A stretch of DNA of 63,774 bases, filler included, from Octopus bimaculoides (GCF_001194135.2; 8 parts of 8 records of this genome joined end to end with filler, not necessarily neighbours in it); one strand, 5' to 3'. Counted from the whole stretch's first letter, positions 48,955 to 60,700 are shown. Made by a program: numbers and translations. Notes: generated by a model from the letters alone, not told the origin.

Positions 48955-49880
48955 CAGCATTCTTTCAAGTGCTTAGAACCCTCCTGATAATCTTTGTTGT
49001 CCCTAAGAGAAAATTTTTATTGGAGCTCTACAGGGCATTCTCTTTCACTTCAGCCATTTGTCTATATTTTTGCTTACTTTTTCCCAATGCACCAATTATT
49101 ATAGGCACGACCTTTACTGTTCGGATGCACCAAATTCTTGCTATTTCAAATTTTAAGGGATTGTATTCTTTCTTTTATTGTTTGTTTTTCTTCCTCTTTC
49201 TTTACATTCTGGAATCAAACGAGCATGATGTGTCGATAAGTAAGCAACTTCACTTTTCATTATCTATAATTGTTATGTCTGGTCTATTATTTTCTAACTT
49301 CTTGTCCGTTTGAATAGGAAAGTCCCACAAAATCGACTCGGTAATCGTATCATGTATTTCCAACTTCAAATCCCCATTTCTGGCACAATTTCCAGTGTAA
49401 AACTGTTACAACCTGGTCGTGCCTCTATTTCTTATATTCTTTATGTGCCAGCTTGGGGCATTCTTCTACTGTCTCATTTCAAGTTCCGCAGGCTCTACAT
49501 TTTTCTGACACATTCGCTTCATATATATCTTTTCTCAAATTGTTTTTATCGCTTGATCTTGGGCTGCTACAATTAGGCTTTCTGTTTCTCTCTCTTTATC
49601 GCCCCTTTTTTAACCAAACCCGGATTTTGTTCCACATTCGTCTTCAGTGACTCTCCAAAGTTAGCCATGCAGAGGCTTCTCTTCGATCTTTCTGACGTTC
49701 TCCCTTTGTGTTTCATTCTTGTTCTTTTCTCCTATTACGCGCTTCGTCATCTATTCTTTATTTACTATCTTTAATAGTTTTTTCTGTGCTGCTCTGTAAA
49801 TACTCTACTAGACGTTTTCTTTCCATCTGTACAATTCTTCTACTACTATTAAGCCTCTTCCACTCTGGTCTCTCCTCAAA
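48955..49880 (-). mobile_element. R4/Dong-like non-LTR retrotransposon 3' region (RT end, CCHC, restriction-like endonuclease)
   Basis: KPLHG, ETESLIVAAQDQA, KCRACG..ETV, CPKLAHKEYKK.RHD..LHWKLC, LWDFPIQTDK..NNRPDI..IDT, VVPIIIGALG, LLGTTKIIRRVL; decayed. Confidence 0.88.
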
Positions 49881-50199
49881 TACCGCCGGTTGATATCAGC
49901 TTTCGGATGGTCGGCTACATACATCGTCAACAACTTCCTAGTTTTTTCTGTTAAGTTTCTTTATTCCGTTTAACAAACTTTGAAAGCGTCGAATATGTTG
50001 GTGTTTTATAGACAAGAAAGTAAATTTCGAACCCAGTATAACTGGAGATGAGTTGCTTCGTTTGTCTATGACTTTCAGGAGTTTTAACACCCAGTGTTAT
50101 TAGGGAGTCGTCCCCAAAGCGCCAAGCCGCAGCAATCCGGCGAACAAGTAAAACACACATATTGAGTACATGCGCCGGTCGATAATATATATGTTATTT

Positions 50200-50357
50200 T
50201 TCTTTTATTCTTTTACTTGTTTCAGTCATTTGACTGCAGCCATGATGGAGCACCGCTTTTAGTCGAGCAAATCAATCCCAGGACTTATTTTTTGTAGGCC
50301 TAGTACTTATTCTATCGGTTCCTTTTGCCGAACCGCTAAGTTACGGAACGTAAACAC
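50200..50357 (-). mobile_element. SINE family A 3' half, running into a gap
   Basis: Close reverse complement of 75-235. Confidence 0.9.
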
Positions 50358-50989
50358 NNNNNNNNNNNNNNNNNNNNNNNNNNNNNNNNNNNNNNNNNNN
50401 NNNNNNNNNNNNNNNNNNNNNNNNNNNNNNNNNNNNNNNNNNNNNNNNNNNNNNNNNNNNNNNNNNNNNNNNNNNNNNNNNNNNNNNNNNNNNNNNNNNN
50501 NNNNNNNNNNNNNNNNNNNNNNNNNNNNNNNNNNNNNNNNNNNNNNNNNNNNNNNNNNNNNNNNNNNNNNNNNNNNNNNNNNNNNNNNNNNNNNNNNNNN
50601 NNNNNNNNNNNNNNNNNNNNNNNNNNNNNNNNNNNNNNNNNNNNNNNNNNNNNNNNNNNNNNNNNNNNNNNNNNNNNNNNNNNNNNNNNNNNNNNNNNNN
50701 NNNNNNNNNNNNNNNNNNNNNNNNNNNNNNNNNNNNNNNNNNNNNNNNNNNNNNNNNNNNNNNNNNNNNNNNNNNNNNNNNNNNNNNNNNNNNNNNNNNN
50801 NNNNNNNNNNNNNNNNNNNNNNNNNNNNNNNNNNNNNNNNNNNNNNNNNNNNNNNNNNNNNNNNNNNNNNNNNNNNNNNNNNNNNNNNNNNNNNNNNNNN
50901 NNNNNNNNNNNNNNNNNNNNNNNNNNNNNNNNNNNNNNNNNNNNNNNNNNNNNNNNNNNNNNNNNNNNNNNNNNNNNNNNNNNNNNNNN

Positions 50990-51052
<63 letters not shown>

Positions 51053-52135
51053 ATATTTGTATATATATGTATATATAATAAATGAAAAACGAATGTAAAT
51101 AAACAGCGACAGATAAAAAGCATATACGTATATGACATAGAGAGTTCCTAATTCTTCATCAGTTATCAACCAAAATGGTAATACACAGTTTCGCACCATT
51201 ACTGATAAGACTGAGGACTTCCCTTATTGGAGGTGCCTGCGAAAGGCGCAAAGAATGTCGGGCCTCAAGCAAAGAAAACAACAGAATATACATACGAAAG
51301 TAAAAAAAATGTGTATTTAAAGACGATGGACAAAGACGAAACAAGCAAAATACGGCCTTAGGGCCAAAAAACAGGAATGGTGGGTAACGCTTAGAAGAAA
51401 TCCTGAAGGATATAGACAACAGCAAATAGAAAGTGAGAGAAATTTTTTTGTGTCTGAATAGCTACTGGCTGTGCCGAGTATGGCCACAACCTTAGGGCTG
51501 AAACATATATATATATATATATATATATTATGCAAAAGTGTCATAAGTCTAAAACGTTGGATTTTCAGAAAACGAAAAAATAGTTTCACCACACCATAGC
51601 AAAACCGTTGTACTACACTTTGACAATTTTTGACAGCTTGGCATCTGAAGCAGCTGGAGATACGATAGTTTGACCAAAAGAACCGGCTATTGCAAGCAGA
51701 AATAAATATTAAATATATACATAACATGTACAAAGCTATAAATTTGTAAACTGCTGCCTTTGAGCGATTTAAACATTTATTGGTTAATAAATAAATATCG
51801 ATGATAAATCATTATCAATTCAATATATTAGTTGAGAGTCCACCAGTAATATATTCTTAACAATTCAATATATTGTGGATTTATCGGTAATATCCTGCAT
51901 CTATTTAATAGGTTGTAGGTCTATTTGTAATATGGTACTATCGATTCAGTAGCTTGCCGTTACCAAGCTTTCATCAGTATCAGAAATCATTATTTATAAA
52001 TATTGATAATAGACGAAAATTGCAGAGTAAGGAATGAAGTCTTGGTGGATCTAGACGCTGAAACTGCTTCGCTTTTCGGTTTTCCACTTTACCTGACGAG
52101 AAACTATATCATTTCACTATAGTCAAACCCAAACC

Positions 52136-52538
52136 CAGCGCTGGATTAACATTAAGCAAAATAAGCACGTGCTTAGGGCATGAAGGGAAAGTGGAGCAAC
52201 AAAGAAATGGTAAATGGTTTACAGCACAAAATAAATCACTTTAAACTTGACAAAACAATATTCAAGATGTTTTATCTCTACTAAGTATAAAAGCAGATGT
52301 GTTATGTAAAATTAATTTTGGGGATCTGATCAAAGGCATTGCAATTTTAAAAATGCAGGAGAAAACTTTTCAAATACAAATAAAATGGAAGTATACAAAA
52401 ATTAACAGTTTTCCATTGTTTCGTTTTGAAAAATATGATTTATTTTATTGCTTGTTATTGTTTGTATTTTGAATTACAAATGGAGCACCAAACGTCTTTT
52501 AAGTGCTCAGGACCTCTGTGGGTCTTAATCCAGTCTTG
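52136..52538. mobile_element. hAT-type MITE (403 bp)
   Basis: TIRs CAGCGCTGGATTAA (left) and CAAGACTGGATTAA (reverse complement of right). 8-mer GTCAAACC right of the element (52539-52546) and left of it (52122-52129, followed by an extra CAAACC). Confidence 0.7.
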
Positions 52539-52967
52539 GTCAAACCCTATTGAAATAACACGGTATTCTCTAAAACGAAAAGAAAGAAAATAAGAGATAT
52601 ATATAATCTTAAGTATATAATGCCCTGAACCCCCTACTCCACCCCTCCACCTAGAAAAACCAAAGAAACAAACGAAAGGCTATGGCTTTTACAACTTCGC
52701 TCGTGATTTTCTTCGATTGAAAGTTTGCTTGTAATTTACGATCACTGAGAATGCGAATGACATGATTTAGAAACTTGTATGTGTTAAAACGTTATGCATG
52801 AATACAAAACATATAAATGTGTGTGTGTGTGCATGTATGTATGCTTGTATGTATTTATGTGTGTGTTTATGTGTGTTTGTGTATGAAGAAATATCTTTAA
52901 TACTATATTACACACGTACTCACACACACGCATATATATACATGTATATACATACATAGACACATAC

Positions 52968-53010
<43 letters not shown>

Positions 53011-53110
53011 NNNNNNNNNNNNNNNNNNNNNNNNNNNNNNNNNNNNNNNNNNNNTTAATTAATTAANNNNNNNNNNNNNNNNNNNNNNNNNNNNNNNNNN
53101 NNNNNNNNNN
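53011..53110. other. Artificial scaffold linker
   Basis: 44N-TTAATTAATTAA-44N. Confidence 0.97.
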
Positions 53111-53847
53111 AAATCCAGGAAGTGTTCTACATATACACGCATATACGCATGCATGCTTGTGTACGTACATGTCGCAGGTAGACAATTCAGTGCTCTGGAT
53201 ACGTTAGTATCCGGGGCTATGTCTACAGGTGCATGCTCCTTTAAACATAACAACATGCTGTTTGCAACCTACAGAAATCTGTGTGGTCTGACCTGCGACA
53301 AAGAATATTTACTTTTAGCAAGGGGATAGCGGCGTCGACATTGTTGACTGGTATATTACTCAATCCTCTGCTATCGAAACATACCAGACCTCATCGAAGA
53401 ACAGGAGAAAAATGCCAAAAAAAAAAAAACATGCTAGAAACAACTGTTTATTCGCCTCAGAAAAGGACAAATAATACAATGTTGTTGTTTGTAGATACGA
53501 AACAAGTGCGATGAGCAGTGTTCAAACGTCATTCACCATTGAGCTGTGAACGTCATTCACCGTTATTCTATCGTAGCTGACTTAGGATTAAATAACGGCG
53601 TCAGTATAAACTACACATGAAACACTTAACAGAACATTAAACAATGAACGTGATGCTCCAGGATGGCCTGAATCACTACACTAAATGTCCAAATATTCAC
53701 AAATCGTCTTCAGAGTTCACTTTTACTTAGCCCCAGATCGACCCTGATTCAGCAGACATTAGAGCAAAGAAGTTCTTGACCCTGGTTTTCCTTCAATGTA
53801 GAATACAGCCAAGAAACACAATTCCTTCCTTTTGTTTCACGGTATTT

Positions 53848-54416
53848 TTATCTTTTATTCTCTAATTTGTTTCGGTCATTAGACTGCGGCTATGCTGAGG
53901 CACCACCCTGAAGAATTTTAGCCAAACGAATCGATTTCAGTACTTTTTTTTTCTATTTTGTAAAGTTTGTACTTATTCTATTGATCACTTTTGCTGAGCC
54001 GTTCGGTTGTGGGGACGAAATGAGTTTGCTTCCCAGCCACATGGTTCCGGGTTAAGTCCCACTACGCGACACCTTGGGTAAGTGTCTTCTACTCTAGCCC
54101 CGGGCCGACTAAAGCCTTGTGAATGGATTTGATAGACGGAAACTGAAAGAAGCGCGTATTTGTGTGTGTCTCTTTCGGACTGTCTCGTCGGTTTCGACGT
54201 ATGACGACCTGACAACCTACTCTTTCTGCGTTAGTCACAATGAATATGTCGAATGTCTATATTACTACGGGCTTCTTTCTGTTTCTATTTACTGAATCCG
54301 CTCACAAAGCTTTGGTCGGCCTGAGAAGATACTTTCCTGAGGTGACATGCAGTAGGACTGAACCCGGAGCCATGTGGTTGGGAGGCAAATTCTTACAGCA
54401 CAGCCACCCATGCGCC
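53848..54416. mobile_element. Rearranged SINE family A cluster: 3' half (-) 53848-54018, 5' half (+) 54023-54170, 5' half (-) 54267-54416
   Basis: Each block aligns by eye to 14424-14570 or 50200-50357. Confidence 0.8.
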
Positions 54417-54589
54417 TGTATAACTTATATTTGCGGGAGAATAGACTGTTACTTCTTGTAGGCCAGTCGATCACCTAGAAGCTGCCTCTTTAGGTCATTA
54501 TGGTTGTAAATGTAAACACATTGCAGCTATGTTGGAAATGCTGTTTGCTGTCGTTTTATTCTAAAGTCGCACGAGGATGAACTCATGAG

Positions 54590-54601
54590 CAAGATGGCGG
54601 C
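54590..54601 (+). promoter_or_regulatory. YY1-type motif CAAGATGGCGGC
   Basis: Exact match to the YY1 consensus, in non-repetitive CpG-retaining sequence. Confidence 0.35.
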
Positions 54602-55006
54602 ACAGCCGTTAAAAAATTATTCCTTTATAAACACAGCATGAGCATTTCAGAAATATTCCCTGTACTGAACGGCATTCGTACATTCATATTGAGTATTGGG
54701 ACGGAAGATATGCACTCTTTAGTTCCGGAGAGCAAGGTGTGGTTTCGAATTGACTGCGCAGTTTCGAGTTTATAGACGCACCTGTCGGTTTGCGTTGAAC
54801 GTTTTTCAATGTTTGCGATGTGTTGGTGTTTTAGTTATAGAAATGCACAACATATACGCACAGAGGCGGCACACACATACATCACACACACACGCACACA
54901 TAGACACACACGCGTACACACTCGCACACACACACACACGCACACACACACGCATACCCACAGGAAGGAATGCAGAAGAAAACGGATTGTGAGGAAATAA
55001 GAGACA

Positions 55007-55015
55007 ACCGGAAGT
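55007..55015 (+). promoter_or_regulatory. ETS/GABP-type motif ACCGGAAGT
   Basis: Consensus match ~410 bp from the YY1 motif. Confidence 0.25.
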
Positions 55016-55246
55016 ATAATAAGCGGTTTTATAAGTTGTGAAAGTTGTAACTCCTGTGAGATGTTAAAGTATTATTTATCTGTCTGGGTGAGATTATCGA
55101 TAATCTGTTTTTTTAATAAACACGGATATATACAAAAGAATGAAAGTTAGTTCGGTGCAGGCGTGTGGCAGCTTGGGAGAGAATCATCTAATACATCGTC
55201 TGATTAAGATGGAATTTGGTAAACAGGAACAGTACCGAAGCCCAGC

Positions 55247-55287
<41 letters not shown>

Positions 55288-55377
55288 CACATATACTTAT
55301 ATATGTGTATATAAATAATCATACACACACGTATGTAGGCGCACATATACATTTTCTTGGCTGTATTCTACATTTTA

Positions 55378-55448
55378 CAGGAGTGGCTGTGTGGTAAGTA
55401 GCTTGTTTACCAACCACATGGTCCCACTGCGTATCACCTTGGGCAAGT
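55378..55448 (+). mobile_element. SINE family A head lacking its B box, running into a gap
   Basis: CAGGAGTGGCTGTGTGGTAAGTAGCTTG..CACATGGT|CCCACTGCG; the TCCGGGTTCAGT segment of other copies is missing. Confidence 0.75.
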
Positions 55449-55790
55449 NNNNNNNNNNNNNNNNNNNNNNNNNNNNNNNNNNNNNNNNNNNNNNNNNNNN
55501 NNNNNNNNNNNNNNNNNNNNNNNNNNNNNNNNNNNNNNNNNNNNNNNNNNNNNNNNNNNNNNNNNNNNNNNNNNNNNNNNNNNNNNNNNNNNNNNNNNNN
55601 NNNNNNNNNNNNNNNNNNNNNNNNNNNNNNNNNNNNNNNNNNNNNNNNNNNNNNNNNNNNNNNNNNNNNNNNNNNNNNNNNNNNNNNNNNNNNNNNNNNN
55701 NNNNNNNNNNNNNNNNNNNNNNNNNNNNNNNNNNNNNNNNNNNNNNNNNNNNNNNNNNNNNNNNNNNNNNNNATATATATATATATATAT

Positions 55791-55960
55791 AGTGAGAATT
55801 TACAACAAAAAAAGACGAAGACGAGTGTGTAAACGACAAACAGATGTATTAGTTTAACGCATGGGAAGTGAGAAAGTCTTATACGTTTCGAGCCAATGCT
55901 CTTCGACAGAAAGGAACACGAAAATAAACAGGGAGAGAAGATAGAAAAAGGTTTAGTGGC
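55791..55960 (-). mobile_element. Penelope pLTR-like repeat, copy 3 (3' end)
   Basis: Homologous to 34640-34788. Confidence 0.7.
55878..55913 (-). ncRNA. Hammerhead-like fold with CUGUCGA core
   Basis: CUUU CUGUCGA A GAGC-auug-GCUC GAAA CGU A UAAG; perfect 4-bp stem II. Confidence 0.55.
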
Positions 55961-56483
55961 TATCTGAAAGATATCACCATGCTAGAGATACAGTCAAAAC
56001 TTGACTCTAAAGCCACATCAAGGAGAAAAGACATATAAACAAATAAACTAATATCCAATAATTTTTTGCTAGTTTCTTTGTCTATTTGTCTTTTCTCCTG
56101 GTGTTGTATGAATACTTAATGTGGTTTTATAGTCAAGGTTTGCCTGCTATCTCTAGCATGATGGCATCGTTTAGATACCCTAAATTACAATTTTGATAAG
56201 ATTTTTATTCCCATGCTGGCCACTTTATATGATCGGTATTTTAAATAACGATCTTATTCTTAAGACAGCATGTTCTCTGTCTATCGCCTTACGTTCTTGG
56301 AGATTTTAGGTATAATTATACTAATGTGTCCACCTGTTTTAATTTAATTTAATTCTATGTCTTTATGCAGCTGAGGATTGCTCTGCATTTAAATTGATGT
56401 AATGATTGCATTGTTCAGTTAAATAGAGTTACTTGAAACGATCGTACTGCATTACCTCTGGATATCCTTGTTGCTTATTTTTG

Positions 56484-56519
<36 letters not shown>

Positions 56520-57321
56520 TATATATATATTCATATNNNNNNNNNNNNNNNNNNNNNNNNNNNNNNNNNNNNNNNNNNNNNNNNNNNNNNNNNNNNNNNN
56601 NNNNNNNNNNNNNNNNNNNNNNNNNNNNNNNNNNNNNNNNNNNNNNNNNNNNNNNNNNNNNNNNNNNNNNNNNNNNNNNNNNNNNNNNNNNNNNNNNNNN
56701 NNNNNNNNNNNNNNNNNNNNNNNNNNNNNNNNNNNNNNNNNNNNNNNNNNNNNNNNNNNNNNNNNNNNNNNNNNNNNNNNNNNNNNNNNNNNNNNNNNNN
56801 NNNNNNNNNNNNNNNNNNNNNNNNNNNNNNNNNNNNNNNNNNNNNNNNNNNNNNNNNNNNNNNNNNNNNNNNNNNNNNNNNNNNNNNNNNNNNNNNNNNN
56901 NNNNNNNNNNNNNNNNNNNNNNNNNNNNNNNNNNNNNNNNNNNNNNNNNNNNNNNNNNNNNNNNNNNNNNNNNNNNNNNNNNNNNNNNNNNNNNNNNNNN
57001 NNNNNNNNNNNNNNNNNNNNNNNNNNNNNNNNNNNNNNNNNNNNNNNNNNNNNNNNNNNNNNNNNNNNNNNNNNNNNNNNNNNNNNNNNNNNNNNNNNNN
57101 NNNNNNNNNNNNNNNNNNNNNNNNNNNNNNNNNNNNNNNNNNNNNNNNNNNNNNNNNNNNNNNNNNNNNNNNNNNNNNNNNNNNNNNNNNNNNNNNNNNN
57201 NNNNNNNNNNNNNNNNNNNNNNNNNNNNNNNNNNNNNNNNNNNNNNNNNNNNNNNNATATATATATATATACACACAATGAGGTGGCTTGTTAGCAATTT
57301 TTCAACCGAAGGGCGAAAATC

Positions 57322-57720
57322 CGTGGTCTGATCAATAAGCATTCGGACTGTTGCCATAGAAACGACACTAAATCACGTAGAGTGGCCGCAGTCAAATGGC
57401 TGAAACAAATAAAAGAATAAAAAATGTCTGCCTGTCTGCCTGTCTGTTTGTCTGTCTGTCTGAATGTATGAATCATTGCACCCAACCGTTATTGTGGTTT
57501 TTGAGTCCTGAATAGTACCCTCAGTCACTTTACCGACGTATATACGAGGTCTGGTCAATAAGTATCCGGTCTGTTGCCATAGTAACGAAGTTAAAGCACG
57601 CAAAGTAACGCCGCTTGGCAAAGATCGACCTTGAATTCTGCTGTGCATGCGCACTAAGTTTTAACGTTCCAGCTCACTTCCGCTGTCTACAGCAGTACTT
57701 GGAAGGAAAGTGTGTAGCTA
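57322..57720 (+). mobile_element. Mariner-like left end TA|CGAGGTCTGGTCAATAAGTATCCG (57545), an upstream degenerate direct copy (57322), and a SINE A tail between them
   Basis: TA + CGAGG.. is typical of mariner-family TIRs; the 45-bp copies align; no right TIR found. Confidence 0.55.
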
Positions 57721-58424
57721 CATAGCAAAGTCCACAAAAATATCCTCCAGACCAGGTAGCAGTAATAAACGGAGGGACTAATTAGATAACTACTCTCGAA
57801 CGCATGACAGCGTACGTTTGCGTGTGTATGTATGCATACGCACACATCACAAAGATATGGACGTTTACATTTGTGTCTGCACGCGCGTGTATACATACGA
57901 GTGAGAAAATATAAAGGCACATGTGTATGTACATATAGAAATAACTTTAAACCTCTGGACAGACGCTGGAAACTACCGAACGATAATGAAATAAGGTGCA
58001 CGATGACCATAACGGCGCCATTACCAACCAAAACACCGAGACAAGTTACAACCGAACGATAACGAAATAAACAGGATATGAGAAACTCTTTAACTGGTTA
58101 GGCTTTCAATTATATTTCATGCAACAATAAATTAACAGATTATTAAACATGTCAAGCGACAACAAAAACAGAAAAATGATAAAAAACGAACGGGATATCA
58201 GAAAGAAGAAGGAAAACGAAAACATAAAAGCAACGAATTAGTAAATATGACAACGGCGGAGCAAGCGGATATAGGCAGCCATAACTGTTGGTTAAACGTC
58301 GTTTGAAATGGAGAAGGAAGATAACTCAAATGTATGTATGTATATATATATATATATATATGCGTGTGTGTGTGTGTGTGTGATTGTATATATGTATATA
58401 TATATACATATATATATACATATA

Positions 58425-58490
58425 TCCAGGATTCGAAATCACAGTCTTACGATCATAAGTGTGACACCCTAACCACTAAACCAAGCGCAT
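58425..58490 (-). mobile_element. Solo tRNA-like SINE head (family D type)
   Basis: Minus strand TGGTTTAGTGGTTAGGGTG..GATTTCGAATCCTGG. Confidence 0.6.
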
Positions 58491-58533
58491 CAATTTATTC
58501 CTACATACATAATAGACACCCATATGCGCATAT

Positions 58534-58581
<48 letters not shown>

Positions 58582-58770
58582 GCACGCACGCACGCACACA
58601 TCCATATATCTATACCTATAAATGTGACATGGGCGTTTCTTTCTTGTCTTGGGATTCACGGTCAAACGGCTGGGTGGAAATGCGCGAAAAATTACATACA
58701 TGTGCAGAATAATCCGGTGATGATGCTGGGCTTTGTATTTTTTTCATAGCTCCCACGGTTACTGAGATAA

Positions 58771-59241
58771 TCTACTATAATAATATTCTTGTGTTTATGA
58801 ATGAGAAAGGAAGGGGTGATAGATGAATAAGGAAGGAAGAAGTGATGTCATACTTAGTAGTGGGATGATGGAAATTGTACGCTGAAAAAATAAATCAAAC
58901 AACGTTTCAACTCTGTGTGAATATATGTGTGTGTGTATGTAAAAGGTGGGTATTTGAATGAGTGTGTGTGCATGCGTGTGCGCGCACAATGGAAGTGGGA
59001 TGGTTCATCTTTGTTCGCTTAGTATTTGGGTTCATTTTTTGATTTGGTTGAATATTGGTTGTTCTTTTTTTTCTGACAGAAAAATGTCATTCTAAAATTG
59101 TTTTTTTTTTTGACAGAAAAATGTCATTCTAAAGTTGTTTTTTAACGTAAACGTGCCCAGAGAAGTCGAATGCTTACACAGAGCAGGTTTTACAGCCACA
59201 TCATCGAAAAACAAACGGGTGAAACCGGGCTTAGCTGCTAG
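58771..59241 (+). mobile_element. Non-autonomous Helitron (471 bp)
   Basis: A|TCTACTATAATAATA at the 5' end; GC-rich imperfect hairpin CGGGTGAAACCGGG then CTAG|T at the 3' end; no TSD; internal ~36-bp tandem duplication at ~59065-59135. Confidence 0.6.
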
Positions 59242-59263
59242 TATACATACATACATACATACA

Positions 59264-59363
59264 NNNNNNNNNNNNNNNNNNNNNNNNNNNNNNNNNNNNN
59301 NNNNNNNTTAATTAATTAANNNNNNNNNNNNNNNNNNNNNNNNNNNNNNNNNNNNNNNNNNNN
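59264..59363. other. Artificial scaffold linker
   Basis: 44N-TTAATTAATTAA-44N. Confidence 0.97.
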
Positions 59364-60334
59364 GAATGGACATAAGAAGAGCAGGATCGGAAAATCGTGT
59401 AATCATAAATATATGCACATGTATGTGTAAGTGTGTGTGCGTGGGTGCGTGTGTGCATTGTATGTGTTAGCTTATGTGTATGCGCGTATGTGTGTGTGTG
59501 TGTGTGTGCGTGTCGGTAGTGGTGGGGGAAGTGGTACCTATGTGTATGTGCGTGCGTGTGTGTGAGTGTGTGTGTGTGTGTGTGTACGTGGTGGAGGGGT
59601 TAAGCGCGGGCGTGCGTGCGTGTCTGACGGCGAGATAGCAATGGGATAATCCTCTCTCTTGTTTTGTTTTTTTTGCGAGCAGGGATTTCGAAGTGTCGGT
59701 TGAATAGCTCAGTGGCTAAATGCTATATCTTACGCTCTATTCAATCACAACTCTTATTTAACAGACCACGATCCGTGACCATCCCTGCTCAGTATTTTGA
59801 TACACCGAGCGGAATGATTGAATATCCGCGTGTCTGTCTGTATGTGTGTCTCTGTGTGTGTGTGTGTGTGTATATGTGTGTGTGCGTATGTGCGCATATG
59901 TATGCATGTGTGTATGTATGTGTGTATGTGTGTGCGGTCATTTTGGAAACAATAAACCCAGACATTCAAACACACACAGACACACACACACAAATATACA
60001 TTCCTTGAAAAGCACAGACACATAACAACATTGATACCCCAAATACAAATATATCCACCAAATGAACACACGCATGTAAGGACACACAAACATACATTGC
60101 ACATACAAAAATACAAAGTTATTTACTTACACAGATACACATAAATAACCCCAGATACAGGCATCCGCGTGAATGCGCTCACAATCGCACACATGTTTAC
60201 CAATGTGAAAGACACACCATACTTACATAAGCATACACTCAGACAGATTCTCACACATATACGCACACAAATATAGATACGGTATACATAGAAACAAAAG
60301 TACAGAGCATATAATTTTTCCAAACCCTCTCTAC

Positions 60335-60424
<90 letters not shown>

Positions 60425-60470
60425 CTCTGCCTGTCTGTCTCTCTGTCTCTCTCTATCTCTCTATCTATCC

Positions 60471-60518
<48 letters not shown>

Positions 60519-60616
60519 NNNNNNNNNNNNNNNNNNNNNNNNNNNNNNNNNNNNNNNNNNNNNNNNNNNNNNNNNNNNNNNNNNNNNNNNNNNNNNNNNN
60601 NNNNNNNNNNNNNNNN

Positions 60617-60699
<83 letters not shown>

Positions 60700-60700
60700 G
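60335..60700 (+). repeat. (TCTA)/(TCTG)/(TC) compound microsatellite with gap
   Basis: Visible. Confidence 0.9.

Noticed and set aside
51138-51165. Minus-strand CTGATGAAGAATTAGGAACTC hammerhead start
   Set aside because: Mismatched stem II and no GAAA.
53318-53420. DEP-domain-like exon (DSGVDIVDWY) after TTTTAG
   Set aside because: Similarity limited to about 8 residues, and the frame ends in an A-run and stop without a donor site.
59700-59746. TTGAATAG/CTATTCAA inverted repeat as a MITE or RNA gene
   Set aside because: Only 8 AT-rich base pairs, no TSD and no second copy.
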